DNA of 64,000 nucleotides from the human T2T-CHM13v2.0 reference genome, Homo sapiens. Position numbers and translations under genes: made by a program. Of this stretch, positions 15,230 through 30,706 are shown one piece after another. The DNA is taken from the NCBI RefSeq assembly GCF_009914755.1, contig NC_060926.1; one strand, given 5' to 3'. Each line of letters starts with the position of its first letter. Position 1 is the first letter of the stretch. The notes under the pieces are model-generated. The model was not told the DNA's origin. It made no database searches and was given only the letters and a program-made list of their open reading frames with translations.

Positions 15230-15412
15230 TTTAGCAAACACCCATAATAACTCAGCCCTTAACATTTCCATACATGCCAGCCCAACTTTCAACTGCAGTT
15301 CTTGCATCTCTTTATCTGACTTTTTTCTCTGGCTATTGAAGCCTCTTCTGCCCTTGCACATGGTAAGATAGATTGCAATAGAAATAATACCCCTACGAGA
15401 AACCCTCAATTA
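15230..15412 (+). mobile_element. LTR16-like 3' LTR, first part (interrupted by Tigger1)
   Basis: Follows the internal region. cccttaacatttccatacatgccagcccaactttcaactgcag parallels cctttaccatttcattccatgtctcctctacttccaacatccag in the 5' LTR. Confidence 0.6.
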
Positions 15413-16258
15413 TCGGCATGCCTCAGAGATACTGTGGGCTTAGTTCCAGACCACTGCAATAGCGCAAATGTGAGTCACACAAATTTTTTTGTTTCCCAGT
15501 ACATATAAAAGTTATGTTTGTACTACACTGTAATCTCTTAAGTGTGCAACAACATTATGCATAAAAATGTATATAACTTAATTTAAAATACTTCATTGCT
15601 AAAAAATGCTAACAATCATCTGAGCCTTTCAGCAAGTTGTAATCTTTTTGCTGGTAAAGGGTTCTGCCTCTGTGTTGATGTCTGCTGACTGATCAGGGAG
15701 GTAGTTGCTGAAGGTTGAGGTAGCTGTGCCAGTTTCTTAAAAATAAGGCAACAATCAAGTTTGTCACACTGACTGACTACGTCTTTCATAAAAGATTTAT
15801 CTGTAGCATGCAACCTTGTTTGATAGCATTTGACCCACAGTACTTCTTTCAAAATTGAAGTCAGTCCTCTCAAACCCTGCCACTGATTTACCAACTAAGT
15901 TTTTTTTTTCTTACCAACTAAGTTTTTGTAATATTCTAAATACTTTGTTGTTATTTCAACAATGTTCACAGCATCTTCACCAGGAGTAGATTCCATTTCA
16001 AGGAACCACTTTCTTTGCTCACGCATACGAAGCAACTCTTCATCCACTTAAGTTTTAACATGAGATTGCAGCAATTCAGCTACATCTTCAGGCTCTACTT
16101 CTAATTCTAGTTCTCTTACTATTTCTACAACATCTGCAGTAACTTCCTTTACTGAAGTCTTGAACCCCTCAAAGTTATCCTTGAGGGTTGGAATCAATGT
16201 CTTCCAATTCCTGTTAATGTTTATGTTTTGACTGCCTTTCAGGAATCATAAATGTCAT

Positions 16259-16618
16259 CTAGAATGGTGAATCTTTTCCAGATGCTTTCAATTTACTTTG
16301 CCCAGATCCAACAAAGGAATCACTATCTATGGCAGCTATAGCCTTACGAGATATATTTCTTAGATAATAAGACTTGAAAGTCAAAATTACTCCTTGATCC
16401 ATGGGCTGCAGAATGGACGTTTTGTTAGCAGGCATGAAAATAATATTAATTGTATACATCTCCATTAGAGCTCTTGAGTGACTAGGTGCATTGTCAATGA
16501 GTAGTGACATTTGAAATGAAATCTTGTTTTCCAAGCAATGGGTCTCAACAGTGTGCTTACAGTATTTATAAACCATGCTGTAAACAGATATGCTGTCATC
16601 CAGGCTTGATCGTTCCAT
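16259..16618 (-). pseudogene. Tigger1 transposase DDE-domain remnant
   Basis: ORF track: LLIDNAPSH...[28 protein letters not shown], the pogo/Tigger/CENP-B-type DDE motif. Flanking frames are disrupted. Confidence 0.9.
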
Positions 16619-16881
16619 TTCTAGAGCACAGGCAGAATAGCTCTGTTATTTTATTCTTAAGGGGCCTGGGATTTTCAGAAGGGTAAATGAGCATTGGCTC
16701 TAAGTTAAAGTCACCAGCTGCATTAGCCCCTAATAGTAGAGTCAGCCTGTCCTTTGAGGCTTTGAGAAGTCAATGTCTGGCTTCAAAGCTTGGCATTGAC
16801 TTCTCCTATTTAGCAATGAAAGTACTAGATGGCATCTTTTCCATTAGGCTGATTCATCTTCACTGAAAATCTGTTGTTTAA

Positions 16882-17290
<409 letters not shown>

Positions 17291-18079
17291 GATGGCTTCT
17301 TTTCTTAATCCTCATAAACCAGCCTCTGCTAGCTTCAAAATTCTTCTTCTGCAGCTTTCTCACCTCTCTCTATCTTCATATAATTGAAGAGAGTCAAGGC
17401 CTTGCTCTGGATTAGGCTTTGGCTTAAGGGAATATTGTGACTGGTTTGATCTTCTATCCAGACAACTAAAACTTTCTCCGTATCAGTGATAAGGCTGTTT
17501 TGCTTTCTTATAATTCATGTTTTCACTAGAGTAGCACTGTTAATTTCCTTCAAGAACTTTTCCTTTGCATTCACAACTAGGCTAATTGTTTGGCATAAGA
17601 GACATAGTTTTTGTCCTGTCTTGGCTTTCAACTTGCCTTCCTCGTTAAACTTAATCATTTCTAGCTTATGATTTAAAGTAGGAGACATCTGACTTCCTTT
17701 TACTTGAACAGTTAGAGGTCATTCTAAGGTTAACTGTCCTAATTTCAATAATATTGTGTCTCAAAGAATAGGAAGGCCAAAGAGAGGGAGAAAGACACGG
17801 GAATGGCTGGTTGGTGGAGCAGCCAGAACACACACAACATTTATCAATTGAGTTGGCCATCTTATATGGCATGATTTAGTGGTGCCCCAAAACAATTATA
17901 ATAGTAACATCAAAGGTCACTGATCACCATAACACACATGATAATAACAATATAGTTTGCAAGAATTACTAAAATATCACACAGAGACATGAAATAAGCA
18001 TATGCTATTGGAAAAAATGGCACTGATAGACTTGCTTGATGCAGGCAGTGTTGCCATAAACCTCCAATAAAATTAGTAT

Positions 18080-18359
18080 ATAAAGACCCCAACTCCATTG
18101 TCCCTCAGATGAAATAACTCTAAGGAACATGCATTACATTTTTCCCCAGAGTCGCTCAGTAGGATTGAGTTTCAGTTGTCCACCAAGAAAACACATGAAT
18201 TAATAACACTTGCCTAATAACACATTATTGGCTTTCTTCCTTCCTTGTCTCTCTTCTCCAATCTTCTATTAATGTTTGTTCGGATTACTTCCACAATAAA
18301 CAAACTAAATTCAAATCTTTTTTTCAGAGTCTATTTTTGGGGAACTTCAAAATAAGATA
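18080..18359 (+). mobile_element. LTR16-like 3' LTR, second part
   Basis: Ends aataaacaaactaaattcaaatc...cagagtctatttttggggaacttcaaaataagata, resembling the LTR16 terminus with its poly(A) signal. Confidence 0.75.
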
Positions 18360-18429
18360 GCAACTAATCTCCAGGTACCTCAACTTCCCCCGTTGTTAAG
18401 TAAGTTTTTCCTCTACATCATGAATAAGC

Positions 18430-18595
18430 CATTTTTTTTTTTCTTTAAAGGGCCAAATACAGGCCTTACAGGGCATACTTTCAGCTTTACCCTTACAGAT
18501 AATACATAAATAGATGAGCCTGTGTTTCAATAAAACTTTATAAAAAGAGACTGCTGACCAGATTTAGCTCATGAACTATAGTTTGCTGATCCCTG
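18430..18595. mobile_element. MER58A-like hAT-Charlie fossil
   Basis: ttctttaaagggccaaata ... tgtgtttcaataaaactttat ... tatagtttgctgatccctg. Confidence 0.7.
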
Positions 18596-18844
18596 CTCTA
18601 AATTAATTCCAAGTTTTTTCATGGTCTAAAATTCAGTACTGTATGCCTCTGAATTCGGACAACACTTTGGAAATCCTACAAATTGCAAGAGATTATCAGT
18701 AGCTCTATAAAGAGATTATAAAGTTTATAAAAATCAAACAATCTAAAATTGTTGCTAAGCATTAGAATTTCAAAATTTATTCTCTAATGATAAAAGTGAT
18801 GTATTTATTACTGTTGTTTTTATTATCTTAAAAGTAGATAATTA

Positions 18845-19521
18845 TTTTTATTATATTGTAATTTGACAAATTATAATTGTATATATTTATGAGGTAAAAG
18901 TGATATTATGATATAGGTATACAAAGTGGAATGATTAAATCAAGCTAATTAACATATCCATCACCTCAAACATTTACTATTTTTTGTGATAAGAACATCT
19001 GAAATTTACTCTCTTAGCAATTTTAAAATATACAATACACTATTTTGAACTATAGTCATCATACTATGCAATAGAGTTCAAAAAATTTATTTCTCTTATT
19101 TAACTAAAACTTTGTATTCTCTTAACAATATCTCCTCATATCCTCCACCCCCAGCCTCTGGTAACCACCATTCTACTATCTGTTTCTTTGAGCTCAATTG
19201 TTTTAAATTCTATACATAAATGAGAACATGTAGTATTAGTTTTTCCTTGCCTGGCTTATTTTACTTAGCATAATGCTCTCCAGGTTCATCTATTTTGCCA
19301 CAAATGACAGAATTTTCTTCCTTTTTAAGACTGTGTAGTATGCCACCATGTATACGTACAATATTGTACAGCATTGTAAGTCATGCTGCAGTGAACATGG
19401 GAGTGCAGATATCTCTTTGACATACTGATTTCAAATTCTTTGGATACATACACAGAAGTGGAATTGCTGGATTCTATTGTAATTCTATTTTTAGTTTTTG
19501 AGTAATCTCCATATAGTTTTT
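18845..19521 (-). mobile_element. Old L1 (L1MA-type) 3' UTR and end of ORF2
   Basis: Antisense L1MA-type 3' end: gattaaatcaagctaattaacatatccatcacctca, gaaatttactctcttagc, catgggagtgcagatatctctt. Confidence 0.88.
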
Positions 19522-20314
19522 TGTTATCCCCATGTCATTTTTCACAGAAATAGGAAAAAATCCAAAAATTCATATGGAACCACACACACACACACACACA
19601 CACAAAACCAAGGCAATATTGAGCAAAAAGAACAAATCTGAAGACACCATACTACCTGATTCCAAACTATAATGTAAATCTATAGTAATTAAAACAGCAT
19701 GGGACTGGCATAAAAATAGACACATTTGCCAATGGAATAGAAGAAAGAACCAAGAAATGAACTCAAACATTTACAGTCAATTGATTTTTGATGAAAGTGC
19801 AAGAATACAATGGGAAGAAGAAAGTCTCTTCAATAAAAAGTATTGACAAACATGAAGAAAAAGAATGACATTGGATCCTTATCTCACTCTTTATAGAATA
19901 AACTCAAAATGGATTAAAGACTTAAATGTATGACCCGAAACTGTGAAACTACACTGAAAACACAGGGGTGACACTATACAACATGGGTCTGGGTATTGAT
20001 TTTTTAGATATGACCCCAAAAGCTCATGCAACAAAAGCAAAAGTAGATAAACGGGATTACATCAAACTAAAAAGTTTCTGCATAGCAAAGCTACAATTAG
20101 CAGAGTGAAGAGAGAACCTACCAACTGGGAGAAATATTTACAAGCATATTATCTGTTAAGTGGTTAATATGTATAATATAAAAGGAAATTAAACAACTCA
20201 ATAGCAAGAAAACAAATAACCTGATTAAAACATGGGCAAGGGGCCTGAATAGATATTTCTCAAAAGAAGACATACAAATTACCAACAGATATATGAAAAA
20301 ATGCTCAACATTAC

Positions 20315-20691
20315 TGCTATGGTTTGAATGTCTGTCTCCTCCCAAACTCATTTTGAAATTTAATTATCATTATAACAGCATTAGAGGGTGGGACCTTTAA
20401 AAGGTGATTAAACCAGGAGAGCTCTGCCTTCATGAATGGATTAATGCTGTTCTCACAGGACTGTGTTTTTGTTGTGGGAGTGGGTTCCTTATAAAGGTGG
20501 AATGTGCTTTCACTGTCACCCTCTCTTGCCCTTCCACCATGTGATGATGCAGCAAGAGGTTCCTTGACCGATCCCAGCCTCTTGATTTTTGTCTTTTGAG
20601 CCTCCAAAGCTGTGAGTCAATGAATTTCTGTTCATTATAAATTACTCAGTCTGTGATATTCTGTTATAGCAGCACAAAACAGAGTAAGACA
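20315..20691 (+). mobile_element. Solo MST-family MaLR LTR
   Basis: TG...CA ends (tgctatggtttgaatg ... agagtaagaca) and 5-bp TSD attac/atcac (20310-20314 / 20692-20696). Confidence 0.9.
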
Positions 20692-20780
20692 ATCACTGGA
20701 TCATTAGGAAAATGAAAGTTAAAACCAAAATGAGATATCGCCACAAGCCTGTCAGAATGGCTACTATAAAAACATGGAAA

Positions 20781-20986
20781 CAGCTTGGGCAACATAGCAA
20801 GATCCCATCTCTACCAAAAAAAAATGCTTCGCTGGGAATCATGGCTTACACTTATAGTCCTAGCTACCTGGGAAACTGAGGTGGGGGGATGGCTTGAGAC
20901 AGTGAGCTATGATTATGCCACTGAACTCTAGCATGAACAACAGATACAGACTGTCTAAAGACAAAAACAAAAACTAAAATTACAAA
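20781..20986 (+). mobile_element. 5'-truncated, decayed AluJ-like element
   Basis: cagcttgggcaacatagcaagatcccatctctac ... gtgagctatgattatgccactg ... A-rich tail. Confidence 0.75.
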
Positions 20987-23859
20987 AGAGATGAAAGATG
21001 ACAAGTTGTTGGTGAGGGTGTGGAGAAAAGAGAACCCTTGTACACTGCTGGTAGGACTGTAAATTAGTACAATCATTATGGAAAACTATATAGAGCTTCC
21101 TCAAGAAAACTAAATATAATTGTTTTTTAACAGTTAGCATTAAGACACTGACAGTTAAATGAAAATTGAATTTGAAAAATAATGTCCACTGGAGAAATTA
21201 CTCTTTTTAATATGGCAGGCCTTGTTGACAACATTATTCTGCACAAGTTTAACAATTATAGCCTAAATCAGAACAAAATCACATCCAGCTTAGAGTGCTC
21301 AGGGAGAAATACCACACATAACATATATAATAACTAGGAAACATAAAAAGGTTGTTCTTTCAAGGATAATTCTATAATGAAATCAATTATGTAAGCAATA
21401 TAAGAGAAATTGCTTTTATTTAACTCCAATAAAGATGGATGTGGTTTGTGCAAATCATCACTTTTAAATTGCTAAAAATATATTAAATATTGAAGTGCCA
21501 AATAAAATACATTGCTGTAAATCTCTTTTAAAGTCCGAAATGTAATTTAAAGTCATTGAGAAATTTATAAAGCAAATCTTGGTATAATAAGCAACTATAA
21601 ATTAAGTAAATCCATATGTGGATCATGTTTTCTCCCCCTTCATTTTTAACCAGGCAGAATATTTTATAGGATAAAATAAAATAAAATGATCTAGAAATTA
21701 GTAAATTGTAATAAAATGTGATATTTGGTCAAGCATAGTTTTTTAAACTTTAAACAACAATGATGTAAAAATTTTTCACTTTCATCCAATTGTATGTTTT
21801 TATATCTTTTTTACAGATACAATGTGAGTTATAAAGTATGAAAGCCTTTGAAACAATCCAAATACTTTTTTATATTTAGTTGAAGGCAAAATATATATGC
21901 TTCTTTCCTTATAAAGTGCAGCGTGCAACCTATAAATCTCTAACATTGATTAAAATTCAGCTTAGTCAAAGCACACATACAAGCTGAGAATTCTGCTATG
22001 TTTATTTTTCCTTTTTAAATTGGAATCGTATTTATGCCCTTATCTTACCTATGTCCTTATTTCTACAACTTATCCTAAATGCCAGGTAAATATCTATTAG
22101 TAAGGTTATGAAATAGCATTAGTCTTGCTTTAAAAAAAAAAAAAGTGACAAAGAAGTTCACACAGGGAAAAAGCAGAGTTTGCAAATTAACCTAAGAAGA
22201 GCTTCATGAAATTCAGGTTTTCCTTTTACGTAAAAAGTTGGATATGATTTTTGTTTATTTAAGAGACTCAATTGCATTAATTCTGAAAGGAGACAAGACT
22301 TATTAACTATCCCTTTATTTTACAGAACCATGTTTTTTCCTTCTAAAGTTGTAAACTTAAGTAAAGAAAAATCAGTGTGTTGTGTTTATATTGAGACAAT
22401 AAATTGTGACAAAATAGAAAATAACATTGAGCATACCATCCTTATAATTCTACAATCATGGGTAATCACATACACAAAAATATACTTTATTGCACTTACA
22501 CCTAACCAAAACTTAAGGCATCTCCATTTCTGCCAATAAAATGTGGCACCTAGAAAATAAAAATAAAATAAAACAAAACAAATAAGTACCCAAAGTGTCA
22601 GAAGAAACTTAGAAGGCCAGCTTCCTACTGATGAAGTCACAGTTACCTTCTAAGAGTATAAAGCATTAACTGTACCCATGATCTCTAATCAAAAAATATC
22701 AAAGATGAGAAAGTCTATTCAATTTGAATATTAAATCAGTAATTTCAGTCAAAATCACATGTGCAATTGTTTGAAGGGCGAGAAGAATGAATCAATGAAG
22801 AAAACCTTATTTTTCAGATATATGCAGTCAGGTAAAATATGCATGAAATACAACTGATGGAAAATATCAAAACCATAATTTTAAGAATGTTTCTGACACA
22901 AAGACATGGAGAAGTGAAAAAACTGCATGTGATTGATGTGAATAGCTCAAGTATGGTGGAAAAGTTGCCTTGGAACTCAATAAAATAGTTAAAATAGGAA
23001 TCAAAGGCACCAAGAAGGTAATTTAAAAAGAGAGAGGAGAGAATGCCAATGCAATAAAAAACATCAAATTGGTTTTAGAAGTGACTAGTTGGCAGACAGC
23101 CCTAAGGGAAGAGACAGAGTTATCAGAGTAATTGAGGCAAGACACAAGGAACATACTAAAGATAAGCAGAAAATATAGATGAGGCAAAAATGAAATCTGC
23201 AGAAAGAAGAGACAAAACCAGGGCTTAATTTCATCTTTGAAATAAGAGTCTATCATTCACTTCAACATTGCACACATTATTGTTATTTTTATTAGCACAG
23301 ATGGTACCACTATATGCTTAGCTATAACATAGCAGGAATCCAAAGAAGTGTTCTAAGAAATCCTGTGGTTTCCTTTCCTTTATAGTTAATAACTTATTAA
23401 TATCTTCTCTTTAGAGGAGAACAAGATAGGCAAAGGAAATAACTATTCCTTCAGGGGGCTATGGAGGAAATAGCAAAGGTCAAAAGTTATGGAAAAACTT
23501 TGAACGTTGAAGGGAAATCATTGAAAAAGAAAGAAATGCTTTGCAATTGTAGCAACTTTTTTTTCAGATTAATACAATATGTGTCATATACTCATTTAGG
23601 GCTTTATAAACCTTGAGAGATAGTTTGACTATATTACACTATTCCATCCTCAGTATATCTTTGAGTGGTAGGCAAATATTATCCTAGTAAACGAGATGTA
23701 TTTAACGCAAATTTATTCCCCCAAAGACAATATAATTGGCATTTAATGTCCTCCTTTAATTTCTGCCACATTCTCTTACAAATTTTACCAGCTTCCTACA
23801 GCCAAACTGAACTCCTCACTGCTCCATGGCTGCACATCTCACTTTCACGTTGCCATACC

Positions 23860-24287
23860 TGTGGCAGAGACATTGTTATGTGCTCATCAAACTCATTTCC
23901 TTCTTCTAGGAACCCAGCTCAAACTATATCTCCCAGTGCTTTTTGCAGATAAACAAGGCCATGTGACCATGTTCTGGCCAATAGAGTGCAGGCAGAAATG
24001 ATATACTCAACTTTTATGCCTGTCCTCCAAAATCTCCCACTCGATCTGCCACATAAGCGCTCTGCTTCCATATCTTTCTTCCCCTGTCTCCAGGCCAGAT
24101 ACAGAAGACACAGTGGAGGATGCCAAGACCTACACTCTCCAGGTTTGAGATCCTGCCTCATCCGTGGGAAGAATGCCTCCTGAATATTGAAGTGAACTGC
24201 CATGTGGGCAAGAAATATAACATTCCTCTGTTAAGCCACCAAAATGTTGGATTATTGAATAGCAGTAAGTTTTTCCTAACTCATATT
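23860..24287 (+). mobile_element. Solo MLT1 (MLT1J/I-like) MaLR LTR
   Basis: tgtggcaga start, ggccatgtgaccatgttctggccaat core and tgttaagccac near the end. Confidence 0.75.
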
Positions 24288-24439
24288 ATAACTTCACTCT
24301 TCTGCTTTTCATCTATTTAGATAGAAACTCTCTAACCAAGTGAACCTACTCCAGAAAAACTTTCCTGACCACTTCAGCATGTCCCAGTTTTCTCTACTAT
24401 TAATCAGTTCTGCTTACTGTTTCATGTGCATAAATATAT

Positions 24440-26692
<2,253 letters not shown>

Positions 26693-26974
26693 AGTTGACA
26701 CTTAATTTTATTTTCATATTTTGCTTTTCATACACTTTGGTATTTCACCTGTATTGATCTGTATTGGTGAGCATATTGAGGAATGGTAAGAAGTGTGTGG
26801 CTTCTACAAACACTTTAATTTGTCAATTTATTTATTTTGAGTCTTACTTTGCATATAGGATGAAACATTAGTAGGTTTTTAAGGGGAGATAATATGAAGA
26901 AGTCCACTTAAGTACACTTGAGTAATCATCAGTTATGCAAATATGTAATTGATCTAATATTAAAGGGTAACTCA

Positions 26975-27975
26975 TTTAAAAAGACTGGGAATACCTAGTG
27001 CTGGCAATGAGGTAGAGCAACTTGAAACATACGTATTGTAGGAATACAAAATGAAGCAGTCACTGTGGAAAACCTAGCATGTTCTACTAACGGTAAATAT
27101 GCATTTCTTATACAGTCCAACAATGCCATTTCTAGATAGTTACCCAAAAGTAATGAACACAATATGTTAATACACAGATTTGTACACTAACATTCATAAG
27201 AGCTTTATTCTTAATAGCCAGACTAAAAGCAAACCCAAATTTTCATCAACCAATAAAAATATAAACAAATTATGATACACCAATACAGCAGAATACTACT
27301 CCAGAGAATAAAAATGAATGAATAATTGATACACACAGCATCATGAATGAATCTCAAAATAATTACACTGAGTAAAAGAAACCAGAAGCCTAGTAAAGTC
27401 AATTCCTGTAGTCCCAGCTACTTGAAGGCTGAGGCAGGGGGATTGCTTGAATCCAGGAATTCTGGGATGCACTATGCCAATAGGGTGACCTCCTGGGAGT
27501 GCGAGACCACCAGGTTGTCTAAGGAGGGGTGAACTGGACCAGGTCAGAAACAGGGCAGGTCAAAACTCCTGTGCTGATTAGCAGTAGGATTGCATCTGTG
27601 AATAGCCATTGCACTCCAGCCTGGGAAACGTAGTGAGACCCTGCTTCTTAAAGAAAAAAGCAGCAGCAGAAGAAGAAGACACCACAGCCACCCGACAAAA
27701 AGAATGTCATTTATGTAAAATTCTAGAAAATGGAAATGAATTGATAGTGATCAAAAGCAGATAAGTGGCTGCCTGGGACCAGGAGGCCAGAGAAAAAACA
27801 AAGGGAGAAATTTTCAAGGAGCATATGGAAACTTTTTGGGGTAATGTCTATTTTTGTGATCTTGATTGGAGTAGTAATTTGATGAATATATATCAAAGCT
27901 TATCAAAATGTATACTTTTTATGCATGCAATGTATTATATGTTAATTATGCCTCAATAAAACCGTTTTTAGAAAA
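26975..27975 (+). mobile_element. Ancient L1 (L1MC/L1ME-like) 3' end, interrupted by a 7SL retrocopy
   Basis: gctttattcttaatagcc, catgaatgaatctcaaaataattacactgagtaaaagaa, and terminal aattatgcctcaataaa. Confidence 0.75.
27388..27660 (+). pseudogene. 7SL (SRP RNA) retropseudogene with internal deletion
   Basis: Alu-like ends enclose the 7SL S-domain that Alus lack (ggtgacctcctgggag...accaccaggttgtctaaggaggggtgaac...gcaggtcaaaactcctgtgctgat...tgtgaatagcc), followed by an A-rich tail. Confidence 0.92.
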
Positions 27976-29399
27976 AGAAACCTTGGGGAAAATTATATTT
28001 ATTCAGTTAGATTAACTTGTCTTAGAACTAAATGTCTTCTGAGACTGTCCCAGTTACAAGCATATCAAAACAAAACTGTGTGTAAAGGTGAGGGTTTAGG
28101 GGTCTGGAAGGTATGTTTTCTTAGCTAGACCCTGAATTTTCCGTGAACACTTTAAACTCAAAAAATCATCATAGAATGGCTTAGTAAAATATCCTGATTA
28201 ATAATACTCCTTGATTAATTCTTAAATTTTACCTTTTAAATTGTAAAACTATTAATATGCCTTCAGAAAAAATGGAATGACATCAAGATTTTTAAGGCCA
28301 TAATTAAAATACATTTATATGCATGTGGTCTCTCCAATCATTTTCATTAATAAGTTTGAAACTATTATTACTTTGAGCATATTTTTCAAGCATTCATTTA
28401 TCCATTCATTCTTCAAGAATTATTTTTTTACCATCTACTATGTGCCAAGTACTGAAGCTACTGACACAGAGTTTCTCTCTCAGAACTTACTTCTAGAAAG
28501 CTAGAAGACAAATATTAGTAAATAAAAGCAAAATGCATATAATTAAAAGTTAAATTCTATAGCAGAAAGGAAAAGAAAGCAATGTCTGATTATCCATTCA
28601 AGGAAGCCACACCAGTTTATTTTACATGTATTGGTTGAAAAAAGAAGAGTTACTTCTGGGCTCCTTGTGAGGAGGAGTTGGGATCATGAGGATAAAAAGT
28701 ACAAGTTGTGTCTGTCTCAGCTAATGGTCCCCATGCCCAACTTCAAGAACTGACTCTATTAGAGAAAAAGATTACATATCTGGGATATCTATTTTAGTGA
28801 GGGACTTTCTGGGACACTGGGGCACATGTAGGATGCTTTAGTGCCTGCCCAGACTCCCAGCACAGAGTAGGAGAGAGAAATATTCTTTTCTACAGTTTCA
28901 AGGTCCACTATGGGGTTTTGGCAGAGAGGATCTGGGAAATTCAATATACATTTTGCCCTTAAAGGGTTTGCAGTGTTAAGAGCACCAAGAAAGAGCATCT
29001 CCTGGCAAACACATCACCATTTCCACTGGGAACATTGATGATAGGTGTCTGGCAAAGCTCTGTTCACAAGTGGCTTTACAAGCAATAAAAATTGACCAAG
29101 AGGTAAGAAACCAGAAGAATCTGGAAGTTGTGAACTCAGAGGAGACATCCTGGTGTCTCTGAGCAGTAATTGAATAAGTCTCTAAATCTGGTTGGAGGAC
29201 CTTGCTAAGCAGATGCATCCAGGAGTTGAAGATGTACTGCACAGGTTCTAAATGAGCAAGATGCACATCAGATTATTCTAACTCATCCATGTGATCAGTA
29301 GGGTAACAGGGGACTTTAACATAAAAATGAGGTAATTTATGTGGTCAAACTTTGAAAGAGTGTAATGTTTTATAAAGTTGTAGTGCATTATACTGATGT

Positions 29400-29620
29400 A
29401 TTAAATTATACGTTTAAACTTTTACAAAGATCTTTTACATATTTTTCTCATTTGATTAAGTAAATGTTAATTAAGCAAACAGGAATTATTATCACTATTT
29501 TACAGAATAGTGAGCTGAGATTCAAAGGAAATAAGTAATTTGCCCAAGACTATATGTTTGGTAAATGGCCCAGATAAGGGTGGGTCTTTTGAATTCTAAT
29601 CTAAAGTACTTCACATTCTA
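29400..29620 (-). mobile_element. MIR SINE fossil
   Basis: Antisense MIR core ttttacagaatagtgagctgagattcaaaggaaataagtaatttgcccaag. Confidence 0.65.
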
Positions 29621-30629
29621 CTAAGCTCATAGTGTTAAGAATGAATTTGCAATGTCAGTTTTGTTAATACCTAAAATATTTGTAAAAATATTGTTGGTGT
29701 CTTCATTTCTGGTTTGGGATTGAAGAGAAGATATTCAGAAAACTAAGAATGATGAGTATATCTTTTAATTTTTATTCTCTTTTTAAAACTGCATGACAAT
29801 AAATATTGTATATTGTACTTTACTTTCAGTAACTGTTATGCAGACTGCAGACTCTGAATATACGAAAACATTTTAAAAATTGTATAAATTGGATATTACT
29901 AATTTTTGAAAATTGAAGGTAAAAACATGGACATTTGTCTCATTTGGATATGTGTTGGCTTAGTATTAAGTAAAGAAAATCTGCCAAATTGCTGTAGGAT
30001 TGACACACTCATTAAAAAGAGTGAAAAGTTACTTACATCCTTTTGTAAGACTTTAAGGACAATCGTATTTTCATTGTTCTTCCTCTGACCAGCCTATGAT
30101 TAGGTTTAAAAGGCTTGTGTTTTGGTTTCACCTTGCTTCCAAATAATACATTTCTGGTTTGGAGTTTAGACAAGTTTACTTATGCAGTGCATCTTAATGC
30201 ACACACTTAAGTATATTCTCATACAAACCAGATGTTAGCACTCACATGCATTTATACTTTATGACACGTGGAGTGATATGTAGCTCCAGAGTTGTTTCAA
30301 ATATTTTTGCTTAATTTTTTAAGAAAGCAGATGCTCTTGGAACATTTCTCACAAACTTTTTTTTTTTTTTTGAGGATAAGAGTACTATTGGATAAAACTA
30401 TGATTCATTGAGCTAGGACATTCTGCATAGTATCATTCTCTCCACTCAATGCTACCATCATCCACCTTAAAGGACTACAGCCATTACATTAACAAATATA
30501 TGTTGAACACCTACTATGCACCAAGTATTATGCATGCCATGGCAAATTCTAAAATGAAACATGCAGTTCTCATTTTTACAGACTAGAAATGCAGATAGGC
30601 AAGTACTCTGGCAATCATCGTATAAGATG

Positions 30630-30706
30630 ATGAGTGCTGCAACAAGGAAAAGCAGAGGCATACATAACAATGAGTGCTGCAACAAGGAAAAGCAGAGGCA
30701 TACATA
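30630..30706. repeat. 37-bp perfect direct repeat, period 40, inside an L2 fragment
   Basis: atgagtgctgcaacaaggaaaagcagaggcatacata at 30630-30666 and 30670-30706. Confidence 0.95.

Larger units (their letters stand above)
19522..21113 (+). mobile_element. Inverted ORF2 segment of the same old L1, interrupted by an MST LTR and an AluJ piece
   Basis: Sense ORF2 text (aaattcatatggaacca, aactcaaaatggattaaagacttaaatgta, gggattacatcaaactaaaaag) ending at the L1 position where the minus segment begins. Confidence 0.88.

Noticed and set aside
28880-29110. Possible plus-strand exon ending at gag/gtaaga (~29102)
   Set aside because: The acceptor is ambiguous and there is no coding signal or other support.
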